A stretch of 64,000 nt of DNA from Escherichia phage ESCO13, in sequence record NC_047770.1; one strand, 5' to 3'. This document shows, one piece after another, positions 18,860-28,673 of this stretch. Positions within the stretch are counted from its first letter, which is position 1. Each line of letters opens with the position of its first letter. A model generated the notes under the pieces. The model saw only the letters and a list, made by a program, of their open reading frames with translations, did no database searches and was not told the origin of the DNA. Made by a program: the position numbers and the translations under genes.

Positions 18860-19033
18860 ATGACTAAACGCACTGATTTTAAATGTATGCATTGTGGGAA
18901 ATCTTTTGGGGATCATCAAGCTCGCACATTCAACTGTCCACGTAAAGGTCGCGGAAATTTTAAAGGTTTTAATCCCGCACATGTTTATTCTCCAGATTAC
19001 GATAAGCCAGAAGAAGAAAAATTTGTTATTTAA
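18860..19033 (+). CDS. small zinc-finger-like protein
   Basis: Start moved to ATG 18860 after SD aaggag; CMHCGK...CPRKG. Confidence 0.4.
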   Translation: MTKRTDFKCMHCGKSFGDHQARTFNCPRKGRGNFKGFNPAHVYSPDYDKPEEEKFVI

Positions 19034-19045
19034 TAAGGAGGTCAT

Positions 19046-19327
19046 ATGGAACTCGTTCAAGAATTGTATAATGCTTTAGGAGCAAAAGGAAAAGATTGGC
19101 CCGAACATGCGCTTATTGCTATAAGAGACTCCGATGGTGAGATTAAGTTTTCAAGCGTAAGTAAAGAGCACATCGTAGAAACAAAACTGGGTATTTACAT
19201 GCGTGGAACTTATTGCTTATTCAACACCAGAATGGTAGAAGCCCCTGTTATCGAGGATGGAACAAAAGATTGCCCCACAATCGTAACAAAATCTGAATAT
19301 GAGAAGTTTTTCTACGCTAAGGCTTGA
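19046..19327 (+). CDS. hypothetical protein
   Basis: SD aaggaggt upstream. Confidence 0.5.
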   Translation: MELVQELYNALGAKGKDWPEHALIAIRDSDGEIKFSSVSKEHIVETKLGIYMRGTYCLFNTRMVEAPVIEDGTKDCPTIVTKSEYEKFFYAKA

Positions 19328-19372
19328 CACAGAAACAATACTATAGGATAGTGATCCTATCGTAGCAATAGA

Positions 19373-19394
19373 ACCCGCTTCGGCGGGTTTTTTC
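19373..19394 (+). terminator. intrinsic terminator (UUCG tetraloop)
   Basis: acccgc-ttcg-gcgggt then T6. Confidence 0.65.
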
Positions 19395-19418
19395 ATATCT
19401 GTAGCAATAGGAGGTCGT

Positions 19419-19649
19419 GTGTTAAATAAAATCGAAGAAGGTTGTATGGCATTTTTGGTAGATAACCCGTTTCCCTTTATGGTTAAGGTCCATGTAGGAG
19501 AGTATTTAGGTTATGACGAATGGGATTGTAGTATCAATAGTGAAATGCACCACTATCAACCAACAATACTTAAGACGGATCAAATGGCGCGTATTACAGT
19601 AGAGGATGAATTGATCATTGAGTTATACGAGAGAGCACTACACAAGTAA
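19419..19649 (+). CDS. hypothetical protein (GTG start)
   Basis: GTG 5 nt after SD aggaggt. Confidence 0.45.
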   Translation: MLNKIEEGCMAFLVDNPFPFMVKVHVGEYLGYDEWDCSINSEMHHYQPTILKTDQMARITVEDELIIELYERALHK

Positions 19650-19692
19650 GCTAGAACCCACCTAAATCGAACAGAGACGCTCTAAAATAGAA

Positions 19693-19720
19693 AAGGCACC
19701 CACTTGGGTGCCTTTGTTTT
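19693..19720. terminator. bidirectional terminator at the +/- convergence point
   Basis: ggcaccc-actt-gggtgcc flanked by A-run upstream and T-run downstream. Confidence 0.6.
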
Positions 19721-19991
19721 ATTCTTCGTTAGATTGCGTCTCAGACGCGTTAAATTCGGTTTCAGTACAACTTGCTAGGTAGCTTATATTTTGCATCACT
19801 ACAACTACAGGTGTTTGAAGTTTATCTTCTAGCCCCGCAGCCACTTGAGCCAAGGCATTATCAATATTTGATTTCCTAACGCCTGTTCCATGTCCTGTTG
19901 CCAAGTAAAGATTACCTTCCCCTTTTTGTGTAGCATTGGCAAAGTAGTAAACGTAATGTGCAAGGTAGTAATCACGGATTTCTTCAGTCAT
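19719..19991 (-). CDS. hypothetical protein
   Basis: SD aggaga upstream (minus strand). Confidence 0.5.
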   Translation of the reverse strand: MTEEIRDYYLAHYVYYFANATQKGEGNLYLATGHGTGVRKSNIDNALAQVAAGLEDKLQTPVVVVMQNISYLASCTETEFNASETQSNEE

Positions 19992-20009
19992 TTTATTCTC
20001 CTAATAAGA

Positions 20010-20027
20010 AAGGGGCCGAAGCCCCTT
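20010..20027 (-). terminator. intergenic hairpin AAGGGGCCGAAGCCCCTT (copy 1 of 3)
   Basis: GGGGC-UUCG-GCCCC on the minus transcript, followed by U-rich tract. Confidence 0.45.
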
Positions 20028-20034
20028 GAGTGGT

Positions 20035-20850
20035 TTATTTGTTTAAGTGGTCTTCGACCATTTTAATGAAACCTTCATTGCTGAAGGCTGTTGCAGCTTT
20101 TTCTCGGTAAACAAAAACTCCACGATCTTCATAGAGAAGTGTTTCTTCGTAATTAACTCCAGGGTTAACTACAACCATTTTTGTACCCATACTAAGTGCA
20201 GGAAATAATTCCCAATTAAAATTGATAACTTGGTTTGAACATCCTACTACTACAACCAAATCTTGCATGGTCAAAGTATCGAACAAGTGAGCCATATCTA
20301 CATACAAAGGTGCAGCCTCACCAAAAAATACAACATTAGGCTTCACCCAGTTATAATCATCTATGTTTATACTATTGTAACCAATATCTACCAGTGTTTT
20401 GTAATCTCCAGGATGCATACGGTAAACTACTTCAGGAAGATATCCGTGTACGTGAATAACAGAATCTCTGTCTACACCTGCTCGCTCTAGTAGATCATCA
20501 ACGTTTGTTGTCAAGTTTACTATTTGGTTAGGATATTCCTTAAACCACTTTGCTATTTGAATATGTGCAGCATTAGGTTGTACATCTTTAAGCTCAACAC
20601 GTCTTTTGTTATAAAATTCGTGTGTTTTGGCATACAAATCCATACCGTTCTCATCTACACCACCGACCACTGGAAGACCTGGAGATGTTCTAACACGATA
20701 ACCTGCTTGGAAAGCTCCAATATCGCAGACCTCTTCTAAATCATATTCTTCCCATAAAGCACGACCACTATCTGTGTCTGTTCTAAATGTTCGAATCCCA
20801 CTGTCTGCACTTAAACCTGCACCGCTTACAAAAATCACTCGTCTTGGCAT
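20035..20850 (-). CDS. Sir2-like (sirtuin-family) NAD-dependent protein
   Basis: VIFVSGAGLSADSGIRTFR (GAGxS..G..FR); TTNVDDL; HG; SD gaggagg. Confidence 0.7.
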   Translation of the reverse strand: MPRRVIFVSGAGLSADSGIRTFRTDTDSGRALWEEYDLEEVCDIGAFQAGYRVRTSPGLPVVGGVDENGMDLYAKTHEFYNKRRVELKDVQPNAAHIQIAKWFKEYPNQIVNLTTNVDDLLERAGVDRDSVIHVHGYLPEVVYRMHPGDYKTLVDIGYNSINIDDYNWVKPNVVFFGEAAPLYVDMAHLFDTLTMQDLVVVVGCSNQVINFNWELFPALSMGTKMVVVNPGVNYEETLLYEDRGVFVYREKAATAFSNEGFIKMVEDHLNK

Positions 20851-21320
20851 TCTTCCTCCTCAAATGGATCATAAGAATTGTACTCGTAAGTATCATCTTC
20901 TGAAAATTCTACTTCGAAATAAATATCAAACTCTGCAAACAGACGTAGGATGTTAGACATGCTGTAATAATTATCGTAGGCAGATTCAGCTTCATAGTAA
21001 ACATAAAGCAAATGGTTAGCCTTATCATCTTCCAAATATTTCCCGTCTGCATACGCATAGTCTGCATATGCTTTACCTGCATCTTCCACAAGAGAACGAT
21101 CAAGCAGAGTAGGAAATGGTTTCTCTTTTTCTTTTAGTTTGCTCACTAACCAATGTGCAATATCATTCCATTCTGCATCCATACCACTAAAGCAACTTGC
21201 TTCTTCTCCAAAAGAAGCTTCTCCTAAATCGCCACTAATACGAATAACATTAGATGAATTATAGCCACACGTTTCACAATCAGAGTAACTATTATGCACA
21301 TTGACATTTACTTGAAACAT
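20835..21320 (-). CDS. hypothetical acidic protein
   Basis: SD aggagg upstream. Confidence 0.45.
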   Translation of the reverse strand: MFQVNVNVHNSYSDCETCGYNSSNVIRISGDLGEASFGEEASCFSGMDAEWNDIAHWLVSKLKEKEKPFPTLLDRSLVEDAGKAYADYAYADGKYLEDDKANHLLYVYYEAESAYDNYYSMSNILRLFAEFDIYFEVEFSEDDTYEYNSYDPFEEEECQDE

Positions 21321-21378
21321 ATTCCCTCCTATAAAAGAAAAGCCCCCTGAAACAGGAGGCTTTGTTCAGATGCTGGCA

Positions 21379-22032
21379 CTATACCAGACTTTGTAGGTAT
21401 TTGTCAAGGGCTTCTTGATCGCCTTGACAAACATAGCAACGGAAGTCTTGAGCCGAAGGTTGTTTATTTTCATCCCAGTCCCAATAAACATTACCCTTAT
21501 AACGTGAACCAGGAAACTCAAAAGAGGCTGTATGTGTAATGTATCCTGGGCCACCAGTGAAATCACAGAATGAGAATTGGGGGTATGCCGCCTTTACTGC
21601 CTCAATAAACCAAGCTTTACGATCTAAAGCTTCATTGATGCTATACGCATGTCTCTCCATTTCTTCCCACGTTTTCCAGACACTTCTCTCATCAGGAGAA
21701 AAGACAAGCCATTCTGGAAGGTATAGAGTGTCATAGTAATCATCATATTCGATCTCGGAGGCGCACGAAGCTGACTCCTCCAGTTTTGAGTAATCAAAAG
21801 CAGAATATACCCACCAACCATCTTCCAGTAACGCTTTGATAGGGACGAAGCCTTTATCAGCATATTGATCGAATTGTTTGACACGGTGGCTTGTGCAGTC
21901 TTCAAACTCACATTCTAAACGATATGCACCTTTTCGACGAGCCTCAAGACCGTGTGTACTGAAAATAACAACACTTCCTTCACCATCATTACGATCTACT
22001 TGATAAGCAACCACTGGTTTTGAATTTGACAT
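21379..22032 (-). CDS. hypothetical protein
   Basis: SD aaggagaaa; ATGA overlap. Confidence 0.5.
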   Translation of the reverse strand: MSNSKPVVAYQVDRNDGEGSVVIFSTHGLEARRKGAYRLECEFEDCTSHRVKQFDQYADKGFVPIKALLEDGWWVYSAFDYSKLEESASCASEIEYDDYYDTLYLPEWLVFSPDERSVWKTWEEMERHAYSINEALDRKAWFIEAVKAAYPQFSFCDFTGGPGYITHTASFEFPGSRYKGNVYWDWDENKQPSAQDFRCYVCQGDQEALDKYLQSLV

Positions 22033-22715
22033 TATTTCTCCTTATCTAGAAGATTGTTAGACAAAAACACTGCACGAGCAAAACCACGTGCGGTTAGTGA
22101 TCTAAGTTGTTTTGTTTTTGCACTAGCTCCACCTAAGCTTTTCCAACCCCAGAAGCAGCCTATATGATCTACTGGTTTCTTCACTGGTTGAACAAAACCA
22201 TTGCCGTGCCAAATACAAGTTTTCTTTGTATACCCATCACGGGTAGGCATTTTAGGATGAAAGCTTCCTTCCTCTTCAAACAAATACCCACCATACTCAT
22301 AAGGATCAAAGTAAAAATCGGGTTTACGCCATAAGGTTGAAAGTTTACCTACTGGGTTCTCAATCATCCAAGGAACATTATATTTGTTACCCAAAGCTTC
22401 CACTACACGAATATTAGCTAAAGCTTCATCCAATTCCTCTGTGCTGCGTTCGTGTTTGCTACCACTACCTGCTAACATAGTGCAAGGTGGAAATCCAAAA
22501 ATAATATCGGGTTTAGGTATCCCATGATCTTCAGGGTTGAATGTAGAATCTATCCAGGCATTCACATAGGTTATGTTTGGGTGCTCCATCCTAACCTCGT
22601 ATTTACCGTGATCCCCTTCATCAGCGTTTACACAAAAACACTTGTGACCTGCTTCGGCATAACGTAACACCATGATCCCAGATCCGTCAAACATAGACAA
22701 AACTGTTTTACTCAT
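22032..22715 (-). CDS. DNA (cytosine-5)-methyltransferase-like protein
   Basis: Start moved to ATG 22715 after SD ggagggg; SMFDGSG (FxGxG), GFPPCT (PC), MIENPVG (ENV-like). Confidence 0.5.
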   Translation of the reverse strand: MSKTVLSMFDGSGIMVLRYAEAGHKCFCVNADEGDHGKYEVRMEHPNITYVNAWIDSTFNPEDHGIPKPDIIFGFPPCTMLAGSGSKHERSTEELDEALANIRVVEALGNKYNVPWMIENPVGKLSTLWRKPDFYFDPYEYGGYLFEEEGSFHPKMPTRDGYTKKTCIWHGNGFVQPVKKPVDHIGCFWGWKSLGGASAKTKQLRSLTARGFARAVFLSNNLLDKEK

Positions 22716-23103
22716 TACCCCTCCATTCAAGACAAGCCATAACTTTACGCCAATCACTTTCTGTAAGAAAAATCTCGTTTGCTTTCTTCCACAAATCTAA
22801 ATCGTGAAGGGTTGGAATACGATATGTTAGTTCACAGAATCTATGCTCTTCTTCTGTAATATAACCAAAATGCAGAGCCACATCGTGAAACCAACACCAA
22901 CCATGCATCTCTCGAACAACATGGTCATGTTGAGACATTATTTTATGCCGTAAACCTAACCAACAAGGAACAGATACTTTAGTAGTCTTTAATCTGTGAT
23001 CAACAGTATTAGAGTATTCAATAATAGCTGTCAGTTTCAATCGTGCTTTTTCTAAATCCTCATGCGTCACTTTGAAATAACTTTCTGAAAGATATCCACA
23101 CAT
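22708..23103 (-). CDS. hypothetical protein
   Basis: Start moved to ATG 23103 after SD gaaggagg. Confidence 0.45.
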   Translation of the reverse strand: MCGYLSESYFKVTHEDLEKARLKLTAIIEYSNTVDHRLKTTKVSVPCWLGLRHKIMSQHDHVVREMHGWCWFHDVALHFGYITEEEHRFCELTYRIPTLHDLDLWKKANEIFLTESDWRKVMACLEWRGNE

Positions 23104-23104
23104 A

Positions 23105-24046
23105 TTAATAACCTCCTTCAAAAGGCTTTACTACATGTTGATTAGCTTTAAAACGTTCAACATAGTCGTTTTCGCCCATGTTTTCATATAGCTTAATAAC
23201 AACATAAAAGTTTTCCCAAGCATATTCCCTAAACCAACCACTAGTGATGGATGTGCAGACTTTAGATAAAGCCATTATAAAACTTTGCTTAGGGGTTGGA
23301 CCTCCGATCTCTCCACCGAAAGGAATTTGTGAACGTTCCAAAGCCAAAACACACGCTTCTTCATAAACACCTAACAGGCGCACATGTTTTGGTTGAGCAA
23401 AAAACTTTTCTTTGCTGGTCATAACTTCACTTCCATCTTTCATATAAGATTTATATGCCGGAGCATCCATTACCGCGATTGCTTCATGGATAGAATCATG
23501 ATCATAAACATACGGAACCTCATCACCTTTAAAAAAGTCTTTACTTTTTACGTTTAAGTTCGGATGAGAGTAAGTGTATGTTTCTTTCTCACGCAACTCA
23601 TAAATACTCTTAAGATTTTCTGGGATCTTTGCGCCCAGTGATCGCATGAAATGAATATCTTTCATAGTTTTAAAGAAGTGAGGACTATCCTTTTTAAAAC
23701 GATGACTCATTTTAAGAAGGTAGAGCACATCTAAAGGAGCAACAACATGTCCAGCGTAAGTTCGACGAACATCATCAGAATCTTCACAATAACTAATCAA
23801 AGCTTCTGTGCTATCTCCTTGAGAAGCAATATCGTATTCCAAATGTGCACCAGCTATCATTTTGACATGGCCTTTGTTTCCTTTACGTTCTACAAGTTCA
23901 ACAAACTCCTCTTGAGAGAACATTTTTGATAATTCTTCCCACTCTTGTTCTGTACACAGGTAATCTAAATCTACACAAGGGCGATACAAGTCTTTTCCCA
24001 TGCCCATAGCATGAATTTGCAATGCACGGCTACCAATTAACACCAT
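23105..24046 (-). CDS. hypothetical protein, possible nucleotidyltransferase fold
   Basis: N-terminal LIGSRAL ... CVDLDY (GS...DxD pattern); SD agaggag. Confidence 0.4.
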   Translation of the reverse strand: MVLIGSRALQIHAMGMGKDLYRPCVDLDYLCTEQEWEELSKMFSQEEFVELVERKGNKGHVKMIAGAHLEYDIASQGDSTEALISYCEDSDDVRRTYAGHVVAPLDVLYLLKMSHRFKKDSPHFFKTMKDIHFMRSLGAKIPENLKSIYELREKETYTYSHPNLNVKSKDFFKGDEVPYVYDHDSIHEAIAVMDAPAYKSYMKDGSEVMTSKEKFFAQPKHVRLLGVYEEACVLALERSQIPFGGEIGGPTPKQSFIMALSKVCTSITSGWFREYAWENFYVVIKLYENMGENDYVERFKANQHVVKPFEGGY

Positions 24047-24100
24047 AATATTTCTCCTCTATTGGTTGATAGGTTAAGTTTATCAAGCTTCCAGATTCCT

Positions 24101-24127
24101 GTCAATAAAAAACCCGCCGAAGCGGGT
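24101..24127 (-). terminator. minus-strand intrinsic terminator
   Basis: acccgc-uucg-gcgggu on minus RNA, then U6. Confidence 0.5.
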
Positions 24128-24136
24128 TATTATTTA

Positions 24137-24409
24137 CTAACACATTGAGGAAGAAGAGATCCAAACACCTCTTGTGGTTAAACCATTTTCATCCAACTCT
24201 ACACCATAATCTTCACAAATAAAATCAATATAGTGATCTGCGGCTGGCGTTCCTGTAGGGTAATAAGTTTCTCCGTTACCGTAGTCACCTATCCAAGCTT
24301 GTTCCTGAAACTGTTCACAAAGTTCTTCAATTTCCTTACGAAACTTTCTTTGTGCTTGTTCCATCTCTTTAACTTTCTTTTTTATCAGCAGTTCGCCTTC
24401 AGACTCCAC
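24137..24409 (-). CDS. hypothetical acidic protein
   Basis: SD aaggagag upstream. Confidence 0.45.
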   Translation of the reverse strand: MESEGELLIKKKVKEMEQAQRKFRKEIEELCEQFQEQAWIGDYGNGETYYPTGTPAADHYIDFICEDYGVELDENGLTTRGVWISSSSMC

Positions 24410-24418
24410 AATCTCTCC

Positions 24419-24637
24419 TTAACAGCTACTACTGTGCCAAACGCCTTGAGAATTAACGACGAAACCCTCATCACCTTCACCATAACAAGAAGAGGATTGC
24501 CAATCTTCAAAACAGATTGCGTCATCTTCTAAACTAAGACCAAAACCAGCATCTTCAGCTTCTTTTGTAAGTTCGTCCACTAAAGCCATAATAGCTTGGG
24601 CTTTTTCAGTTAATTCTTCAACATTACGATAACTCAT
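24419..24637 (-). CDS. hypothetical protein
   Basis: Start moved to ATG 24637 after SD agaggag; TAATG overlap. Confidence 0.4.
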   Translation of the reverse strand: MSYRNVEELTEKAQAIMALVDELTKEAEDAGFGLSLEDDAICFEDWQSSSCYGEGDEGFVVNSQGVWHSSSC

Positions 24638-24906
24638 TAGTATTTCTCCTCTGGTTGGAAAACGGAACGACAGGCCCACATAGAAGCTTCTTTCAACTTA
24701 GTCTTTGCTATTGAAATTTGGTCAAGGCGGGTGGATATATTGGTAGACTCTTCCAAATCTTCACAATCATCCAATTCAGTCCACAATTCAGACATTAGAG
24801 CATCAAAGATTAAGCCTAATCGAACTTCAGCATCTTTAATAGCATTCACTTTACCAATTTTGTCATCGGTATGCGGTTTATAACCTTTGATATCTTCGAT
24901 TCCCAC
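24637..24906 (-). CDS. hypothetical protein (GTG start)
   Basis: Start moved to GTG 24906 after SD aggaggt. Confidence 0.4.
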   Translation of the reverse strand: MGIEDIKGYKPHTDDKIGKVNAIKDAEVRLGLIFDALMSELWTELDDCEDLEESTNISTRLDQISIAKTKLKEASMWACRSVFQPEEKY

Positions 24907-24917
24907 TTTACCTCCTA

Positions 24918-25115
24918 TTAACAACTTAAAGAAGATGGATGCCAATTTGTTCCAGTATTCTCATTTTCATCTTCTGGATCATAATAACCACCCATCCCAT
25001 ATTCAGGGGAGAAACTGAAACCTTCACCAGTCTCGTCTGCTAACTGCTCTGCTTCTGCTAAAGCCTCATAAGCTGCTTTTACGGCTTCTTCTACTGTTTT
25101 AAACTTGGTCGTCAT
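24918..25115 (-). CDS. hypothetical protein
   Basis: SD gagaggag upstream. Confidence 0.4.
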   Translation of the reverse strand: MTTKFKTVEEAVKAAYEALAEAEQLADETGEGFSFSPEYGMGGYYDPEDENENTGTNWHPSSLSC

Positions 25116-25389
25116 AAAATTTCTCCTCTCCTAAAGACATGTTGACATGAAATGCGCGGTATGTAAATTCGTTGTCCGTTGTGTTTGAATAAAACTCAAA
25201 TTGAACAACACCGTCTTGAGAAGACAAATACATGCCAATTTGAACTGTTCCTTCTGGTACCAGGTAAGCATACTCTGGACGTAGGGTTACATTGTAAAAA
25301 TAAAGTTCCCCAACACCCATTTCATCCCAAGCTTCCCAAGCGGTAACGAAGTTACTTTCAAAACTTGTTACTGATCCGAACTCTGCCAT
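25099..25389 (-). CDS. hypothetical protein
   Basis: SD gaggagg upstream. Confidence 0.45.
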   Translation of the reverse strand: MAEFGSVTSFESNFVTAWEAWDEMGVGELYFYNVTLRPEYAYLVPEGTVQIGMYLSSQDGVVQFEFYSNTTDNEFTYRAFHVNMSLGEEKFYDDQV

Positions 25390-25880
25390 AAAACCTCCTC
25401 AATCTTGTAGTTTGACTCCATCTCCAACACATTTCCACGAACGTCTCTCCGAAGAAAGGCATAAGCTTTATTAGGTATTGTAGACTCATATTTAACCATA
25501 TCTGGCACAGCAAAAGATACTACTACTCCTGCTGGGCTTCTGTCAAGAGCCTTATTAATATTTCTAAGGATATCATTAGCCAAGATTTCTGCCAATTCTC
25601 CAAGAACAGTTTCGGTTATATCTTTATATCCCATTAAGTATTTGTTGATATCTTTCATCTCTGTATTGTTCAGAGTATAATCCAAAGGATAGAAATTCAA
25701 AGCGGAGTCACTTTTATGTGTCCACATGAAATGCACCCGATCCGAGCAGAATCGTAACCCTCTTTGAAGAATATCTTCTACAACAGGCAGAATTTCTTTT
25801 GTCACATCATTAACCATGTTGTAATCTAAGATTTCTGCCAAGTTTGTTCTTTGTTCACCACGTTTACGTTTAGGAATCAC
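25368..25880 (-). CDS. hypothetical protein
   Basis: ORF with weak SD. Confidence 0.45.
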   Translation of the reverse strand: MIPKRKRGEQRTNLAEILDYNMVNDVTKEILPVVEDILQRGLRFCSDRVHFMWTHKSDSALNFYPLDYTLNNTEMKDINKYLMGYKDITETVLGELAEILANDILRNINKALDRSPAGVVVSFAVPDMVKYESTIPNKAYAFLRRDVRGNVLEMESNYKIEEVLWQSSDQ

Positions 25881-26451
25881 TTGTTATTGCCCTCATTACC
25901 AAAGGTCGTAGAAAATCGTAAATCTCTTGTTTTGTTTTCCCACGAATGTTTAAACAAGGAACATTATTGGCTTTAGCTATCTTCCAAGCCGTAGCTGTTC
26001 CACCTTTTGCATCTCCATGTTTATCAGTATTAGCACAAGCCAACAAGAAACATGATGGAGCAGGATTCTCCAAATCTCTACCTAACACTTGATGCACATT
26101 ACGTTGGTGCAATTTTCTAGCACCCTGCTTAAGCTTTTCATAGGCTGGGTGAACATCTTTGATCCATTGCACAGAGATAGCATAGTTCATTGTATCTGGT
26201 TTTGCAAGAACAATAACATCTCCTGGAATCTGATTACCTTTGAAATTTTCCCAAGGAACATAAATCTCCTTGTTAGTAGGATTTTCAGACTCTTGGACAC
26301 CTGTTTCAAAAGCAGAATCACTACCCTCTGCCTTCCCAGACCTTAATTTAAACCCAAGGTTTGAAAGCCATTTCCCTATGCCTACCATCAAAGCCCACTC
26401 TTCTTCGGATATGTCTCTACTTCCAACTCCCGTATAGAACAGTTCTGCCAT
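25870..26451 (-). CDS. hypothetical protein, possible DprA/SLOG-like nucleotide-binding fold
   Basis: Start moved to ATG 26451 after SD gaggtga; GVGSRD ... SGKAEGSDSAF. Confidence 0.35.
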   Translation of the reverse strand: MAELFYTGVGSRDISEEEWALMVGIGKWLSNLGFKLRSGKAEGSDSAFETGVQESENPTNKEIYVPWENFKGNQIPGDVIVLAKPDTMNYAISVQWIKDVHPAYEKLKQGARKLHQRNVHQVLGRDLENPAPSCFLLACANTDKHGDAKGGTATAWKIAKANNVPCLNIRGKTKQEIYDFLRPLVMRAITSDS

Positions 26452-26458
26452 AATCACC

Positions 26459-26767
26459 TCAACAAGTAATTTCAAAAGGTGTATACGGTTCCGTATTTCT
26501 CATGATCCAAGGACTGCTAGGATTGCTCGGATCATAAGGACCAAAAGGTTTTATGGTCGGTTGTGTTTCTTTCTTCTGAATCTCTTCAAAAATACGACGA
26601 AGTTCAGAATATTCTTGATCCACCATAAGATTCGGTGCATCTGATTCTACAGCTTGCAGGTTATCTTCCTTAAGAACAATCTCACGAACAAGATTAACAT
26701 CTTCTGTTTCTAAGATAACTTCTTTACGGATATTACCTACACTTTGAATAATTGTAATCTTATACAT
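26459..26767 (-). CDS. hypothetical protein
   Basis: SD gaggagg upstream. Confidence 0.45.
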   Translation of the reverse strand: MYKITIIQSVGNIRKEVILETEDVNLVREIVLKEDNLQAVESDAPNLMVDQEYSELRRIFEEIQKKETQPTIKPFGPYDPSNPSSPWIMRNTEPYTPFEITC

Positions 26768-27510
26768 TAATCCTCCTCAAGAGTTGAATAAAATTGAAGA
26801 CCACCGTCCATATCGAAATAAGCAAATGTTAAGTTATTATTGAACACAGATCCAGTATCCATATAAACACGATTCGCATTGATAATAGGTGTTTTTACAT
26901 AAGAGTGTCCATGAAACACATAATCCACACCCATCACAACAGGAAGTTTCATTCCCTCTTTAGCACAGTCTACCATATCTCTGTCCCACATAAGTGCTTC
27001 AGCAAAACGGTTTTCCTGTGTTTTTGTCATCTTCGAAATGTATTCTGGAATATCTGTTACAGGGAGATATTCCAAAGAAGATGGATACCCACCATGAATA
27101 AACGCAAGTTTCATGCCTCTGTAGTTAACAATGAGAACAACAGGTAAATCTTCTGTCATCATTGCTAAGGCTGTAGCTCCTTCTTCACCACATTCTTCAA
27201 AGACCGTATATCCTCCATTTTGATACCAACACTCGTAGTAGCTACGATCTCCTTCCAGCATACCTTTAATCATCATGTCTTCATGATTGCCACGAATAGC
27301 GTAGCGATTGTGTTTACGAGTAAATTCTAAAACACAACGAAAGTTTTGCTTTCCACGGTCAGTAAGATCTCCTAGAGATACAACCACATCTGTATCTCGG
27401 ATACCTAACTTTGCCTTTCCTTTTTCATACAAATTATAACAACCGTGTAGATCTCCAATTATAAAAAGATCTTGATCGCTTTTAACAGTAATTTCTCTGT
27501 GTATGATCAC
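26767..27510 (-). CDS. Ser/Thr protein phosphatase (PPP-type metallophosphoesterase)
   Basis: GDLHGCY; GDLTDRG; GNHE; SD gaggagg. Confidence 0.7.
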   Translation of the reverse strand: MIIHREITVKSDQDLFIIGDLHGCYNLYEKGKAKLGIRDTDVVVSLGDLTDRGKQNFRCVLEFTRKHNRYAIRGNHEDMMIKGMLEGDRSYYECWYQNGGYTVFEECGEEGATALAMMTEDLPVVLIVNYRGMKLAFIHGGYPSSLEYLPVTDIPEYISKMTKTQENRFAEALMWDRDMVDCAKEGMKLPVVMGVDYVFHGHSYVKTPIINANRVYMDTGSVFNNNLTFAYFDMDGGLQFYSTLEED

Positions 27511-27836
27511 TTATCCTCCTCAAAATCTAAGAAAATAAAAATATTCACCTTTCCTTCAATCTCTTGTTCTAAAACAAGATCGGCAAATTCTGCATAAGCT
27601 TTCTCTTCAACTTTTTCAATATGTTCTGCGGCATCTTTAAAAGGTGTATCCCCATCCACCTTTACTAATAAGAAAAGAGATCGCATTTCGACGCTTTTAC
27701 TGTTACGAGGAAGGAAATCTACAGCTTCAACAATTCTCCAACCCAAATAGCCAGGGGTTTTATGAATCTCCCCTAAATACTTTTCTAAGATTTTACGACC
27801 CTCGTCGATAAGGGCTTGTTCTGTAGTAATTTCCAT
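27507..27836 (-). CDS. hypothetical protein
   Basis: SD gaggagg upstream. Confidence 0.45.
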   Translation of the reverse strand: MEITTEQALIDEGRKILEKYLGEIHKTPGYLGWRIVEAVDFLPRNSKSVEMRSLFLLVKVDGDTPFKDAAEHIEKVEEKAYAEFADLVLEQEIEGKVNIFIFLDFEEDK

Positions 27837-27846
27837 TCCTTCCTCC

Positions 27847-28419
27847 TCAAATTATTAACGAAACCGCATGACTAAATCTTGGTTCAGATATAACCTCTGC
27901 TACAGTCACATATGTATCGTGCAGCCAAAAAGATTCTACTCTACAAACACAAATACCGTTGATAATGAAATCTACACAGGATTTATTATTTTCGCACACC
28001 TGTTGACTATAAACAACCCCTAAAGAGTCATAAAGTGATCTCACTGTTGCTACCATTTCATCTGTTTCGTCTTCCTGTGAAACAAAGAAAACGAATACAG
28101 ACAAGTTATTAGCGAAAGTATTGCTATTCTCTACTTCAACCGACTTACAAGGTAAAAAGGAGTAATATTTACCGTTAGGTATCAATTTCGCCTCAACCTG
28201 GTTAAGTATGCTTTGAGATGGTTTTGTTACATAAAAAAGATTTTCTGTTGGGTTTTCAACATTACTCCTTACTATGCAACGAGTGGGGTTCGAAGGATCA
28301 AAAACATGATCGAAATCGACACACACAGGTAAGTTAACAACTTTAAACTTTTTGCTAAGAATGCTTACTGCTGTAAAAATCAAACCAGCATTTATTTTGC
28401 CAGTGAAAGTTGAACGCAT
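27847..28419 (-). CDS. hypothetical protein
   Basis: Start moved to ATG 28419 after SD gaggag. Confidence 0.45.
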   Translation of the reverse strand: MRSTFTGKINAGLIFTAVSILSKKFKVVNLPVCVDFDHVFDPSNPTRCIVRSNVENPTENLFYVTKPSQSILNQVEAKLIPNGKYYSFLPCKSVEVENSNTFANNLSVFVFFVSQEDETDEMVATVRSLYDSLGVVYSQQVCENNKSCVDFIINGICVCRVESFWLHDTYVTVAEVISEPRFSHAVSLII

Positions 28420-28433
28420 AACTACTCCTCGGA

Positions 28434-28628
28434 TCATTCTACCAAAGAGAATTCCGCCTCTTCCAGGTAGATTACAGACCTTGTTGCATGATATTTAACG
28501 CTCCAGAAATTACCTTCGCGCCGTAAAAGTATCTCATTCACATCAAGATTGCTTAGAAAAACCATATAACTTAAAGCTTGTTGACGCGTTGAGAATTGTT
28601 TCTCTAAAAGTTCTTCTCCGCTCTGCAT
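28434..28628 (-). CDS. hypothetical protein
   Basis: SD aaggaggg upstream. Confidence 0.4.
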   Translation of the reverse strand: MQSGEELLEKQFSTRQQALSYMVFLSNLDVNEILLRREGNFWSVKYHATRSVIYLEEAEFSLVE

Positions 28629-28673
28629 AATCCCTCCTTAAAATACTCCCTCCGAAAAGGGAGTATAAGTATA

